The translations under genes were made by a program, and so were the position numbers. Below are positions 27,888 to 38,959 of a stretch of 64,000 bases of DNA, one piece after another. The number at the start of each line of letters is the position of its first letter. Within the stretch, counting starts at the first letter, position 1. The notes beneath the pieces were generated by a model that was given only the letters and a program-made list of their open reading frames with translations, was not told the origin of the DNA and searched no databases. Origin of the DNA: Coleofasciculus chthonoplastes F2-STO-03. Its GTDB lineage: Bacteria > Cyanobacteriota > Cyanobacteriia > Cyanobacteriales > Coleofasciculaceae. The stretch is taken from positions 60,439 through 124,438 of the forward strand of contig JAVJWO010000153.1 of assembly GCA_040222015.1 (NCBI GenBank). Direction: 5' to 3'.

Positions 27888-28556
27888 GTGAGTCTATCTT
27901 CTACAAACCGCCCTTGCGATCGCAATCACTTTAAACGCTGTCTTAACCGCTTAGAGCAGGACGTGCTGCGGATGGGCGCATTGGTGGAAAATTCATTCCG
28001 CCTTGGTCATCAAGCTTTATTTTACCAAAATCTGGAGGCAGTCCAGGAAATTACCTCAGTTGAGAAACGAATTGATCGCTACTACCGCCATATAGAAATA
28101 GAGTGTGCCTCTCTCCTCACACTTCAATCGCCAGTAGCACAAGATCTACGTCTGGTCAGTGCATTTATGCAGTTAATCCGAGATTTGGAACGTATTGGTG
28201 ATTATGCTGAGGATTTAACGGAGATTTCGGTAAAACTATTCGCTTACCCACCTCATCCTTGTATACCCGAAATTGAAGAAATGTCCCACCATGCTCAAGC
28301 GATGTTAGCTTCAAGTTTAGCTTCATTAGCAGACTTAGATGCGACGGCAGGACAAGCGGTTAAAGTATTAGATGATAAAGTCGATAATGCTTACGATAAG
28401 CTTTATCAAACCTTAGCCTTTCAACGAGATATTACAGGCGTAGTTGAGCCAATTGTACTCTTGGTCTTGGCGATTCGTCATATCGAGCGCATGGCTGATC
28501 ATGCCACCAACATCGGTCAACGAGTGACCTATATTGTTACAGGTCATCGTTCCTAG
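27888..28556 (+). CDS. phoU: Phosphate signalling complex protein PhoU (SphU)
   Basis: PVAQDLR, DLERIGDYA, ERMADHATNIG.RV.YIVTG. Confidence 0.95.
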   Translation: MSLSSTNRPCDRNHFKRCLNRLEQDVLRMGALVENSFRLGHQALFYQNLEAVQEITSVEKRIDRYYRHIEIECASLLTLQSPVAQDLRLVSAFMQLIRDLERIGDYAEDLTEISVKLFAYPPHPCIPEIEEMSHHAQAMLASSLASLADLDATAGQAVKVLDDKVDNAYDKLYQTLAFQRDITGVVEPIVLLVLAIRHIERMADHATNIGQRVTYIVTGHRS

Positions 28557-28580
28557 AGAAGAAAGCAGGAGGCAGAAAAT

Positions 28581-28754
28581 TGTAGCGGCGGGTTTAGGAA
28601 CTGTAGGGGCGGGTTTAGGAACTGTAGGGGCGGGTTTAGTAACTAGCGCTAGCTTTTTACTAATAACGGAACAACAAAACCCGCCCTGCCTCACCGATAA
28701 CGGAACAACAAAACCCGCCCTGCCTCACCGATAACGGAACAACAAAACCCGCCC
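28581..28754. repeat. GTAGGGGCGGGTTT...AAACCCGCCC REP with amplified arms (21-bp x3 and 34-bp x3)
   Basis: Direct reading. Confidence 0.85.
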
Positions 28755-28777
28755 TTGTTCATCGTTATTAGAAGCAG

Positions 28778-28818
28778 CTTAACCCAAAGATTACCTTAAC
28801 CTTACCCTTTTCTAACCT
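28778..28818 (+). promoter_or_regulatory. Putative Pho box (SphR site)
   Basis: CTTAACCC / GATTACCT / CCTTACCC / TCTAACCT at exact 11-bp period, upstream of phoX. Confidence 0.65.
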
Positions 28819-28898
28819 GTACACTTTAGGATATCCTTGCATTGCATCTAGGATATTCCTCTAACAAAACCCAAATCTGAAAGGGGGAAGCGTGAGCT

Positions 28899-31109
28899 AT
28901 GGCTCTCAAACGTCGTAATTTTCTGCTATTTCTGGGAGCTAGTGCAGGAACGGTAGCACTGGGTTCTTGTCGTACTCCGGCTCAGAAGGGTTCTGGGTCA
29001 TTAACCCAAATTAACCCGAATACAGATAATCTGAGTTTTAAACCCGTCAAGAGTCCCTTACCGTTAGAAACCGATCGCGTGCCATCGACGAAACAAATCG
29101 AAGCCTACAGCCGCTATGAGGTGGTCGATGATTTGGTATTACCAGAAGGCTTTACTTACGAGGTGATCGGCGCTTGGGGAGATCAGATAGGGGAGTCTCG
29201 CTTTGGTTATAACAATGATTATTTATCATTTATTGAAACAGGTCAGAATGAAGGATACCTGACGATTAATTTTGAATATATCAGCGGTGGCACTTGGATG
29301 CAAACCTATTCTCAGGTCATCGGTGAGTCATTGCCCTTTGAAGAAGTTAAAGCGGTTGCGGCGAAGAGTGATGATACGATTAATGCCTTCGCTTTGCCTG
29401 ATTCTGACCCCCTAAAAGCGAAAATTCGCCAGATTTCCCAAGCGGGTTTGATTGATCAGGGATTAGGTGTGATTTCAATTCGCCGAACGGCTGATGGAAC
29501 TTGGATGCGAACGAATTCTGCGGCTGATCGGCGGATTACCGGAATCTCTGGATTAGAAGACGATCGCTATCTTAAAGCAACCGGTCCTGCTGTCGCAGTT
29601 TTCCAGAAAACTCAAGGACAAGGATATACGGATGGCTTAGGCGATCGCATTATTGGTACGATGCAAAATTGTGCGGGTGGAACCACGCATTGGGGAACGG
29701 TACTGAGTGCGGAGGAAAATTTTCAAGATCAAGTCCCAGAACCAGTTTACGCCGATGGAACTTCCTTTGACCCCGCCACGCTTCCGTTTATGATTAATGA
29801 TGAATTTGTCGATGGGCGAGGTAATGTGTTTGGCTTAGCTGGAAATAAATATGGCTGGATGGTGGAAGTTGATCCGGCTGACGCCAATGATTATGGCACA
29901 AAGCACACTTGGCTAGGTCGATTCCGTCATGAAGCCGTGGCGTTTAAAGTTGTATCTGGGAAACCCTTAGCGATATATTCGGGATGCGATCGTCGAGGGG
30001 GTCATCTGTATAAGTTTGTCAGTAAAGACACAGTTAGTGATCCGACAGATAAAGCCAATTCCCGTTTAATGGCAGAGGGAATGCTGTACGCGGCGGTATT
30101 TGCACCCGATGGCACAGGGCGCTGGATGGCATTAACACCCAATACTCCCGTCAACCCCGTGTTACCCAGTACCGTGGAAGGCAGCTTAGTCCCCTTACCC
30201 AAACGTCCCCAGGGAGGCATTGTTGAGGTAACAACCGATGCGGAAGCCTTGGCGTTTAAACAGCAGTTTGCCACACTGGGGGATCTATACCAAGGGAATG
30301 ACATCGAAAAACAGGGAGCAATTTTAATCGACGCCCACTTTGCCGCCAATGCAGCAGGTGCAACCACCACCGCCCGTCCTGAAGATACAGATATGGCGGC
30401 GGATGGTTCCCTCTATATCGCCTTTACCTCTGGTAGTCCAGGGGGAGATGGCGGACCCGACAAGCGCGTCTTTAAAGGACCCCAGGGAGAAACACCCTGG
30501 GAATATGGCTGGATTCTGCGTCTAGTAGAAAACCAAGATGATCCAGCCGCGATGACATTTCGGTGGGACTCCTTTGCCATGGGAGGCGAACCCGCTGAAG
30601 GAGGCGCTGGATTTTCTAATCCCGATAATCTGGAATTTGACAAAAATGGCAATGTGTGGATGGTGACCGATATGTCTACCTCCAAGCACAATCAACCTGT
30701 GACCAGTCGTGTCAATGACCAAGGTCAACCCATAAGTCAAGCTGATATCCAGGGAATTTTTGGCAACAATTCAATCTGGTGTATGCCTACCTCTGGAACA
30801 ATGGCGGGTAATGCTTATTTATTTGGCATTGGACCGATGGAGTGTGAAACCACCGGACCCTTTTTTAGTCCCGATCAAAAAACCCTATTCCTCGCCATAC
30901 AACATCCCGGAGAACGATACGGTATTCGTAAGAATAACCAGGCTGAAACTCGTAAGTTTGTGATAAAAACCCTCGATGGGCAACAATTTCTGCAAGAACG
31001 TTATGTTCCTTTAGGGTCTAACTGGCCCCATCAAGGTACAACCGAGCCACCCAAGCCAGCCGTCGTCGCAATTCGGCGATTAGATAACCAACCAATTACT
31101 ATGGCATAA
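28899..31109 (+). CDS. phoX: PhoX-family alkaline phosphatase (DUF839), Tat-exported lipoprotein
   Basis: KRRNFL Tat motif, FGYNNDY, NCAGGTT.WGT.LSAEEN, LGRFRHE, NPDNL, QHPGE. Confidence 0.9.
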   Translation: MALKRRNFLLFLGASAGTVALGSCRTPAQKGSGSLTQINPNTDNLSFKPVKSPLPLETDRVPSTKQIEAYSRYEVVDDLVLPEGFTYEVIGAWGDQIGESRFGYNNDYLSFIETGQNEGYLTINFEYISGGTWMQTYSQVIGESLPFEEVKAVAAKSDDTINAFALPDSDPLKAKIRQISQAGLIDQGLGVISIRRTADGTWMRTNSAADRRITGISGLEDDRYLKATGPAVAVFQKTQGQGYTDGLGDRIIGTMQNCAGGTTHWGTVLSAEENFQDQVPEPVYADGTSFDPATLPFMINDEFVDGRGNVFGLAGNKYGWMVEVDPADANDYGTKHTWLGRFRHEAVAFKVVSGKPLAIYSGCDRRGGHLYKFVSKDTVSDPTDKANSRLMAEGMLYAAVFAPDGTGRWMALTPNTPVNPVLPSTVEGSLVPLPKRPQGGIVEVTTDAEALAFKQQFATLGDLYQGNDIEKQGAILIDAHFAANAAGATTTARPEDTDMAADGSLYIAFTSGSPGGDGGPDKRVFKGPQGETPWEYGWILRLVENQDDPAAMTFRWDSFAMGGEPAEGGAGFSNPDNLEFDKNGNVWMVTDMSTSKHNQPVTSRVNDQGQPISQADIQGIFGNNSIWCMPTSGTMAGNAYLFGIGPMECETTGPFFSPDQKTLFLAIQHPGERYGIRKNNQAETRKFVIKTLDGQQFLQERYVPLGSNWPHQGTTEPPKPAVVAIRRLDNQPITMA

Positions 31110-31362
31110 AATACTCTTAATAGAGATGTAATATGCTATATCTCTACATTTCTCTATTAATTGATTCAGATAAATAATTCTAATCTTTTCTTGGTATCCA
31201 GCTCAACAGCTTTGATTTAGAATCTATTTCTTAGAGGATAAAAACGTGTAACCGTTAAATCGTAAGTTTAGGGATATGTCTTGAGCAAACGCCAAAAAGC
31301 TATTGCTCATTCAGTCCAATTGGTTTACAGTTTTGGCATGGAAATAGGTGTGAGGATTATTC

Positions 31363-33120
31363 ATGATTATGTCAACTCTATTCTGGAAAACGGTAAAGGC
31401 AAGTCCTGTCCTGTTATTTGCCTGTTTATTCGTGGCGAGCGGTGCATCTGCGGCTGAGTCAAATCCCCATCAGATGGCTGAAGGTTTGTCTATAGCTACT
31501 ATAGATTTAGACGCTGAACCCACAGCCTCAAGCAGTCCCAGGTTTCAACTCGCCGATAGTACCTTCCCTGAACCTGTTCCAGGGGCTGGAACTCCCTCGG
31601 TTGAATCAAATCAAGAGATACTACAGCAAATTCAGCGCTATGGCAACCAAGGCTCTACCTCTCTTGACCAAGTAACCAGCGTGGGTCAGTTGCGAGACGT
31701 TTCCCCAGGTGACTGGGCGTATGAAGCGCTGCGAAGCTTAGTTGAACGCTATGGCTGTATTGCGGGATATCCAGATGGTACCTATCGAGGCAATCGCGCC
31801 TTGACTCGTTATGAGTTTGCAGCGGGTTTGAATGCCTGTTTACAGCAAATTGAGCGGTTACTTGTTAACGGGGATGGTCCTAATGGTCCTGATCTAACAA
31901 CCCTGCGGCGGTTAATTCAGGAGTTTGAGGCAGAATTGGCAACCCTGGGTGCGCGGGTGGATAACCTGGAAGGGCGTGTGGCGTTCTTGGAAGACAATCA
32001 ATTCTCCACAACAACCAAGTTGAAAGGGGAAGTCATCTTTGCCTTGGCTGACACCTTCGGTGATTCCACTGAAGATTTTGGTAGCGATGATGAAACGAAT
32101 CTAATTTTCGCTGACCGGGTGCGCTTGAACTTGGAGACGAGTTTTACCGGAAGAGATCGCTTGAGAACTCGTTTGCAAGCCCGCAATATCAGTTCATTTA
32201 GCGGGGATTTAACGGGTACCAACATGACCCGCTTAGGGTTTGATGGCGATAACGGTAACGATGTTGAAATTGATGAGCTGTGGTATCGCTTCCCTCTCGG
32301 TGAAAAAATTTCCGTGCAAATAGACGCTACTGGGGTAGAGTATCAGGATACCGTTATTGATCCGATCAATCCTTACTTTGCTAGTAGTGGAAGCGGTGCT
32401 ATTTCTCGCTTTGGGCGTTTCAATCCCATCTATCGCGCTGAAACAGGTGGTCCTGGAATAACTGCAACATTTAACGTGAGCGACGCCTTGTCACTGTCTG
32501 CTGGTTACGTTGTTGATGGGGGCGGCAGCGATCCTGCTGATGAGAATGGTCTATTTGATGGCAATTATGCAGCCCTAGGTCAGGTTGCCTTTACACCGAC
32601 TGAAAATATTTCCTTAGCAGCAACCTATCTGCACTCCTACTACAATGGCGGTGAGGTTAACGTTACAGGAAGTACAGGAAGTAGCTTCGCATCTGCTCCT
32701 TTTGGTAACAACGATACCGCGACTTCGGTTGATGCCTATGGAATCCAAGCAAACGCACTATTTGGCAAGTTTTCTGTTGGTGGTTGGGTTGGATATCAAG
32801 ACGCTGAAGCCGAATCGGGTGCTAACGAAGGAGCTGACGCTGATATTTGGAACTGGGCTGTCAACTTAGCCCTCTTAGACATTGGTGGTGAGGGTAATAA
32901 GCTGGGCTTTATATTTGGAATGCCACCCAAAACAACAGGCAACGATATAGCTACTCGTGAAGATGACAACACTTCCTATCACCTAGAAGCCTTCTACCGC
33001 TATCAACTCACTGATAATATCGCTATCACTCCGGGTGCTTTTGTTATCTTCAATCCTGAACATGATGATGACAATGATACCCAGTTTGTCGGTACGCTGC
33101 GAACAGTCTTTAGTTTCTAA
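31363..33120 (+). CDS. SLH-domain outer membrane porin (SomA/OprB-type)
   Basis: DVSPGDWAYEALRSLVERYGCIAGYPDG, QFSTTTKL, C-terminal RTVFSF. Confidence 0.93.
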   Translation: MIMSTLFWKTVKASPVLLFACLFVASGASAAESNPHQMAEGLSIATIDLDAEPTASSSPRFQLADSTFPEPVPGAGTPSVESNQEILQQIQRYGNQGSTSLDQVTSVGQLRDVSPGDWAYEALRSLVERYGCIAGYPDGTYRGNRALTRYEFAAGLNACLQQIERLLVNGDGPNGPDLTTLRRLIQEFEAELATLGARVDNLEGRVAFLEDNQFSTTTKLKGEVIFALADTFGDSTEDFGSDDETNLIFADRVRLNLETSFTGRDRLRTRLQARNISSFSGDLTGTNMTRLGFDGDNGNDVEIDELWYRFPLGEKISVQIDATGVEYQDTVIDPINPYFASSGSGAISRFGRFNPIYRAETGGPGITATFNVSDALSLSAGYVVDGGGSDPADENGLFDGNYAALGQVAFTPTENISLAATYLHSYYNGGEVNVTGSTGSSFASAPFGNNDTATSVDAYGIQANALFGKFSVGGWVGYQDAEAESGANEGADADIWNWAVNLALLDIGGEGNKLGFIFGMPPKTTGNDIATREDDNTSYHLEAFYRYQLTDNIAITPGAFVIFNPEHDDDNDTQFVGTLRTVFSF

Positions 33121-33327
33121 GCCTGTCTCGGCTGTCGTTGACAATGTAATTATCTGGTGTAGGGGTATAGCATTGCTATACCCCGATTAATCTTAACCTT
33201 TATGAATAAGCGCGATCGCTTAAGTAATTGCCTATGCTAACGTTCCTACTTAGTTATTGTTAATAGCTGCAATGGTGTTGTATAGTTTTCCCGTTAACCG
33301 TTATTTCGGTGTGAGGAACGTGGATAA

Positions 33328-35067
33328 ATGAAATCAACGCTCGTGTGGAAAACACTGCAACTCAGTTCCGCCCTACTTGGACTCTCCCTATTTGTTGCTA
33401 ACAATGCTGATGCAGAGATTCCTAACCCAACAGCAAGCACTCGCGAATCTACAGTAGAACTTAATCACCAGTTATCTGAAACGTCAGTAGAAATTGATTC
33501 TATTCAAATCGCTTCCGATGTTAGTCCAGCCTTAAGTCCGACCGATACTACTGCTGATTCTAATCGGGAACTCTTAGAACAAATCCAACGCTACAGTGGT
33601 GAAAATGGAGTCGAATCCCTCGACCAAGTAACCAGTGTCGGTCAACTGCGAGATGTGTCTCCGGGGGATTGGGCGTATGAAGCGCTGCGAAGTTTAGTAG
33701 AACGCTACGGTTGTATTGCTGGGTATCCAGATGGCACCTATCGGGGTAATCGCGCCCTGACTCGTTACGAATTTGCGGCGGGTTTAAATGCCTGTTTAAA
33801 CCAAATTGAGCGTTTGATTGGTACGGGTGGTTTTGATGAAACTGAGTTAGAAACCCTGCGGCGGTTAATTCAGGAATTTGAAGCGGAATTGGCAACCTTA
33901 GGCGCACGGGTAGATAACCTGGAAGGGCGCGTGGCATTTTTGGAAGACAATCAGTTCTCTACTACCACCAAACTGAAAGGAGAAGTTATTTTTAACCTGG
34001 CGAGTGCCTTTGGAGATGAAAAAGCGGATAGCGATGAAGATGTGGATGACAATCTTACCTTCAGTCATCGGACTCGTTTAAACTTTGATACCAGCTTCAT
34101 GGGAGAAGATCGCTTAAGAGTTCGCTTACAAGCAGGAAATACGCCTGAATTTGATGTAGCGACGGGAACAGAAATGGCTCGTCAAGGGTTTGAATCGTTT
34201 ACTGGTGATGATGGTAATGATGTTATCGTCAATGATTTATATTACCGTTTCCCTCTGGGCGATAAAATCCGGCTTTTGGTCGGTGCTAATGGCTTTGATT
34301 TCAATGACATCGCAGAAATTCACAACCCTATTCTTGAAAGTAGTGGCACAGGTGCTTTAAATCGGTTCAATCGCCGCAATCCTTTTGTCTTCCGGAATAA
34401 TGCTGAACAAGGCGTGGGTGCCAATATTCAGCTTAGCGATTCCCTGAGTTTAGATTTGGGGTATTTGACGGGTGAAAGTAACAGTCCACTCGATAAGGAT
34501 GGATTGTTTAATGGGGACTTCACCGCCATGTCTCAGTTGAATCTAGCACTGGGAGAAAAACTAGATTTAGGGTTTGCCTTTGGCTATTCCTACTATCCGG
34601 GAGAAGATGTCAATTTGTCAGGTAGTACAGGTAGTCCACTGGCAAAAGAACCATTTGGCGAAATTGCCACTTCTGCTCTACGTTTCGGCATTCAAGGTAG
34701 CTGGCGGGTGGCTCCGAAGATCAACATTGCTGGTTGGGGTGGTTACATCAATGCAGAAGCTGAAGCGGGTGACCGAGAAGGGGATAACGCTGAGTTATGG
34801 ACTTGGATGGGGAATGTCTCTTTCCTTGACTTAGGTAAAGAGGGTGCTGCTTTTTCAGTTGCTGCAGGTATACCGCCTAAACTTACTGATGTCGATGGTG
34901 GTCTTGATGATGATGATACCTCTTTCTTAATTGAGGCACAGTATCAGTATCCGATTACCGATAATATCTTGTTTACGCCAGGAGTTTATGTGATTTTAAA
35001 TCCAAATCATGATGATGGAAATGATGATATTTGGGTCGGCACAATCCGCACGACGTTTAGTTTCTAA
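33328..35067 (+). CDS. SLH-domain outer membrane porin
   Basis: Same motifs; C-terminal RTTFSF. Confidence 0.93.
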   Translation: MKSTLVWKTLQLSSALLGLSLFVANNADAEIPNPTASTRESTVELNHQLSETSVEIDSIQIASDVSPALSPTDTTADSNRELLEQIQRYSGENGVESLDQVTSVGQLRDVSPGDWAYEALRSLVERYGCIAGYPDGTYRGNRALTRYEFAAGLNACLNQIERLIGTGGFDETELETLRRLIQEFEAELATLGARVDNLEGRVAFLEDNQFSTTTKLKGEVIFNLASAFGDEKADSDEDVDDNLTFSHRTRLNFDTSFMGEDRLRVRLQAGNTPEFDVATGTEMARQGFESFTGDDGNDVIVNDLYYRFPLGDKIRLLVGANGFDFNDIAEIHNPILESSGTGALNRFNRRNPFVFRNNAEQGVGANIQLSDSLSLDLGYLTGESNSPLDKDGLFNGDFTAMSQLNLALGEKLDLGFAFGYSYYPGEDVNLSGSTGSPLAKEPFGEIATSALRFGIQGSWRVAPKINIAGWGGYINAEAEAGDREGDNAELWTWMGNVSFLDLGKEGAAFSVAAGIPPKLTDVDGGLDDDDTSFLIEAQYQYPITDNILFTPGVYVILNPNHDDGNDDIWVGTIRTTFSF

Positions 35068-35097
35068 TCATTCAAGAGATTGTTAGCAATATTAAAT

Positions 35098-35131
35098 AAG
35101 ATACCCGACTTCTTGAAGAAGTCGGGTATCT
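35098..35131. terminator. Palindromic repeat / bidirectional terminator
   Basis: AGATACCCGACTTCTT-G-AAGAAGTCGGGTATCT between convergent genes. Confidence 0.7.
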
Positions 35132-35219
35132 AGTAGAATTTTCTTAACAAAGGACGTAGCTTGCTTCACGAGAAGCAAGTATGACAAATGACAAAGGACG
35201 AATGACAAAGGACAATACT

Positions 35220-37556
35220 TTACCTAACCGCCATACCCTTAATAAACCATTGACCGTCTTGACGCACCAACTCATACTGAACCCGCAGATTCTCATCGTA
35301 TGAAAGTGCCTGATTAATTTCACCATTTTGATAGAAACGGGCTTCTTCTTTAACCGCTGCTTCTACCTTCGCTTGGTCAGAATTAGCCGGATTTGTTTGC
35401 ACAGATGTTACTTTAACCTGGTGATTATACTGTGTATAAATGTTCCGTTGCTGATTGGTTTGCGCCCGTCTCCGCCAAACAGACAAAATCGGATTGACTA
35501 GAATTTGATCTAATCGATCAATTTGGTAATCGGGTCCGAACGCTTGAGATTTCGTCGAAAGCCAGGTTTGAATCACTTGCTGGGCGGTATCTTGGGTCAG
35601 CGGACCTCCGGGTGCGATTAACTGACTATCGGCTTCAGGAATCGGAATCGGAGGTTGAGCCAGTTCCACCATGGCCTGTTCACCTTCTAAGGCTGGCGCA
35701 GAGAAACTTTGTTGGATTTTTTGTATCCAAGCAATTAATAACCACCCGATTAATCCGATACCCACTACTCCAGCAATAACCAGCAAGATAGAGCGTCGGT
35801 TTTTAGCCGCCTTGCGGCGTTCCGGCAATCGTTGCAGGTGTCCTGGAGGGGACTGATCCAGATGTCCGGGTTCAGCAGACGGAGTGGATACCCCAGACGC
35901 CGGACGAACTCGACTGGCTTCTGCTTCTGATCGGACTTTAGTGGAACGTCCTGGTGGCGCTGATTTAACCGCCGTGTTTACAGATGAATCCCCAGAAGAA
36001 TTAATGGCTTGAGTTGTAGGTTCTGCCACCCGACTCGTTCCTGAAGCCACCCGTTGGCTTGCGGGTAACGTTGAGACACCGGATACCGAGGCGCGATCGC
36101 TCCCCCCTGCCAAACTCGCCGTCTGAGCTGCCCGATCGCGCTCTCTGCTGCTATATGAACCCACAACTGCTGGTTCGCGATCGCGAGAATGACCGTTACT
36201 CCGACCTGCGGATGCGCCTGTTGTCGTGTAAGCTTTTTTCTGAGCCGTCACTGACCATTCATTATTAGCCGCTGGTGTCGATTCCGGAAGCTGCTCTAAA
36301 TAGGCTTGTACCTGCTCATCGGCAAAATAGTCTTTCAACGAGGCGGTTTGTTCTGCCAAGTCGCGGAAATGGGGAAATACGGAATTTTGCAGCCAGCGTT
36401 CTCCATACAGACATAATCCCGGTAACAAATCTGGAGCGCCTTGAGACTGTTCCCGAATAAAGGCTAGGGGTTCATATTCATGACTCAATTCCAACGCATG
36501 ACTGGCTTCTTCCGTTTGACCCAACAGCAACGCACAGACGGCTTGTTCTAGATGCACATCCTGACGCCGTCCCAACCGCATCAGCATTTGTTTCGCCCGG
36601 GCAATTAAAGCCGGTTGGCGCTGGGCAAATCCTCTCGCAATCAAGGCATAAACAGCCAGATAGGTGGCGACGGCGGAAGGGCGGCGGGCTTCTGCCTCAA
36701 ATAGGGTCTGCTGCTGAGCCGCTGTTAAATAACCTCGTAACTGCTGGATAAACCGCAAAAAATCATCAATACTCAGTCCAGATTGGTCATCCCCATTGCC
36801 ATCAATTCCTTGCCGCTCCTGTAGCATATCTTGCAACAGTTGTAAACCCTTCCGCCGTTCAGCAATAGTTTCATCGGGTAATGCCAACAATTCCAGAATC
36901 CGGTAGGGACGCAGCTTATAGAGATCGGCTTGAATTTCGCCCCGCACCGTTGGAAATAAACCTTCACTCAGGAGTAATTCTTGACCCGTTTCTAGGGACA
37001 ATGCGGCATTTTCGTAACGTCCTTGCTGCCATTGTTCCCGCCCCAGTTCCAAACACGCCAGCGCCAGGGTCAGGAAAATATCGGGTCGCACCAGTTGCGG
37101 GTCGCCTAAGTGACCTTTATCCAAACTGATGCTGTCACGACTGTGCAAATAGGGCTGTCCCAACTGCAAGACCAGTTCATATTCCCCAAGTTCTTGCAGA
37201 ATAAGCAAAGCGCCAACAAATTGTTCCTTGCTGATATCCAGGCTGGGATTATTGGGATCAATCGCCTCCGTCGCCGTTGTTTCAGCCGTCGCCGTTGATT
37301 CCAGGGGTAAAGAGGGGCTAGATTCTGGGTTATAGGTTTTCTCCAGAAAGCTCTCATCATAAGTTGAGCGCTGTTCCGGGTCAGAGAGAACCGCATACGC
37401 CTCATCCAGCAACTCCTTGCGAGACGCAATCGCCACTTCCGAATATTCCCGACGCGGAAGTTGGAGAGAGCGATCGCGATAGGCGACTTGAAGCTGTTCC
37501 GGTGTCGCCTGGATCGGCAATCCTAATATTCGGTAGTAATCGAGCGGAATTCGCAC
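35220..37556 (-). CDS. ftn2: Cell division protein Ftn2/ZipN (ARC6 homologue)
   Basis: MRIPLDYYRILG DnaJ-like N-terminus, DLLPGLCLYGERWL, TM helix, C-terminal IMS domain (WLSTKSQAFG). Confidence 0.93.
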   Translation of the reverse strand: MRIPLDYYRILGLPIQATPEQLQVAYRDRSLQLPRREYSEVAIASRKELLDEAYAVLSDPEQRSTYDESFLEKTYNPESSPSLPLESTATAETTATEAIDPNNPSLDISKEQFVGALLILQELGEYELVLQLGQPYLHSRDSISLDKGHLGDPQLVRPDIFLTLALACLELGREQWQQGRYENAALSLETGQELLLSEGLFPTVRGEIQADLYKLRPYRILELLALPDETIAERRKGLQLLQDMLQERQGIDGNGDDQSGLSIDDFLRFIQQLRGYLTAAQQQTLFEAEARRPSAVATYLAVYALIARGFAQRQPALIARAKQMLMRLGRRQDVHLEQAVCALLLGQTEEASHALELSHEYEPLAFIREQSQGAPDLLPGLCLYGERWLQNSVFPHFRDLAEQTASLKDYFADEQVQAYLEQLPESTPAANNEWSVTAQKKAYTTTGASAGRSNGHSRDREPAVVGSYSSRERDRAAQTASLAGGSDRASVSGVSTLPASQRVASGTSRVAEPTTQAINSSGDSSVNTAVKSAPPGRSTKVRSEAEASRVRPASGVSTPSAEPGHLDQSPPGHLQRLPERRKAAKNRRSILLVIAGVVGIGLIGWLLIAWIQKIQQSFSAPALEGEQAMVELAQPPIPIPEADSQLIAPGGPLTQDTAQQVIQTWLSTKSQAFGPDYQIDRLDQILVNPILSVWRRRAQTNQQRNIYTQYNHQVKVTSVQTNPANSDQAKVEAAVKEEARFYQNGEINQALSYDENLRVQYELVRQDGQWFIKGMAVR

Positions 37557-37597
37557 GGTTCACTTCCCCAGCGCTGCAACAACTGAATTCATGTATA

Positions 37598-38959
37598 TTG
37601 ACACTCCCCACGCATAAATGCGGGGGATTCTTGCATCTAGTTACTCTCTCCTGAAAGGAGCGAGTCGTTCATCAAGTTAGGGGCTGTGCCAAGCAGCCCA
37701 TTCTCTGTAGCAGATGAAGCCATTACAGCAGCATCCCTGTATAGCTCCAGAGAACAAGAAAATCCCTCCCACTGTGCGATGTTATGAGAGGCGTTCAAGT
37801 CGGCATTGTGGTAGTGTCCGTGCGGACAATTAAAATCATGTTTATGACGATGACCAATTGTGCCGCAAGTCGAGCAACTCTTGCTAGTGTAGGGAGCGGG
37901 AACTTTGACCAACCTCAAGCCAGCTAATGCCAGCTTGTAGTCAAGCTTCTGTTCTAGCGAATAGAAAGACCAAGAATGCCTAGACTGACCCGCATCCGAG
38001 CGATTTTTCTGGCTCTGCTTCATCGTGTCTCGACAACCCTCTAAGTCCTCAATCGCTACATCAGCTTCATGGAATTGAGCAAAGCGAACGATACGACGAG
38101 AGATAGTATGGTTAACTGCCTCCATCCATCGACGCTCTTTTTTGTTCCACTTTTTCAAGGCTCTGAACTTTTTATCGGACTGTAGTTCTTGGCGACGTTT
38201 TTGGAAGTATCTGCGTCGATGCATTACATCCTTGCCGCTATGGAACTTACCAAAGCCTTTGGCGGGTGCTACCACTGCAATATTGTTTTGTCCCCTGTCA
38301 ACTCCAACTCGGTTTTGTGTCTGCATCTGTGGAACATCCAAAGTTACAGACATATAGGCATACCAACCCTTGCGGTGATAGATAACCTTAACACTACCTT
38401 TCTCCACATTTCCTTCTAGAACTTGCTCTAAAACTGGCTGCCAATGAGACGAGGCAACAACTATAGGTACTCGTTTCTCCCCAGCCATAGTGGGAAAACT
38501 CAAACTATAGGTATTGCCTCGCTTGGACAGTTTCCAGTTCTGTTTGTTGATTTCAGGAGGTAAACATTTATAGTGCTTAACCTTCCGACCCGTAGCCGAA
38601 ATGGTATGTCGAATTGTTTGATTAGCAAGGGCTGACTTTAGTGACGTGACGACTTTAGCTGTTGTTATCTCACGGCGCTCAACATAAGGAATCGCAAGTA
38701 GTTCATTTGCCAATCGGGTATTCTCCGCAGTCATTTCGACAAACAACTGCTGCTTTACCTGGTTAAGGTTATGAAATTTGAGCTTTATCGTCCGCGTTAC
38801 TTTAGTCATGGGATTATCATACCCTAGTCTTTACACAGATAGATCTATAAAAAATGACTGACGCCTGACACGGCGATTGTTTGGCGATGGGGAATTTTTC
38901 ATCCCCATACCTGAAGGCGAGGGGCATTGAATTTCCCCCCTCGCGCTCCCCCGACTTCG
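37598..38959 (-). mobile_element. tnpB-only IS200/IS605 (IS1341-like) element
   Basis: Right-end hairpin ending TCAA at 37598; left-end hairpins at 38890-38940; TTAC (minus strand, 38960-38963) directly precedes the inferred left end. Confidence 0.75.
37637..38809 (-). CDS. tnpB: RNA-guided endonuclease TnpB
   Basis: RuvC-I VGVDRG, RuvC-II AIEDL, Zn finger CSTCG..CPHGH, RuvC-III NADLNAS. Confidence 0.92.
   Translation of the reverse strand: MTKVTRTIKLKFHNLNQVKQQLFVEMTAENTRLANELLAIPYVERREITTAKVVTSLKSALANQTIRHTISATGRKVKHYKCLPPEINKQNWKLSKRGNTYSLSFPTMAGEKRVPIVVASSHWQPVLEQVLEGNVEKGSVKVIYHRKGWYAYMSVTLDVPQMQTQNRVGVDRGQNNIAVVAPAKGFGKFHSGKDVMHRRRYFQKRRQELQSDKKFRALKKWNKKERRWMEAVNHTISRRIVRFAQFHEADVAIEDLEGCRDTMKQSQKNRSDAGQSRHSWSFYSLEQKLDYKLALAGLRLVKVPAPYTSKSCSTCGTIGHRHKHDFNCPHGHYHNADLNASHNIAQWEGFSCSLELYRDAAVMASSATENGLLGTAPNLMNDSLLSGESN

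Noticed and set aside
28581..28754. 34-bp and 21-bp repeats as a CRISPR array
   Set aside because: No unique spacers; they are amplified arms of one REP
31660..34000. Recent gene conversion among the porin SLH regions
   Set aside because: Protein identity is high, but many synonymous differences exist and the region is conserved family-wide
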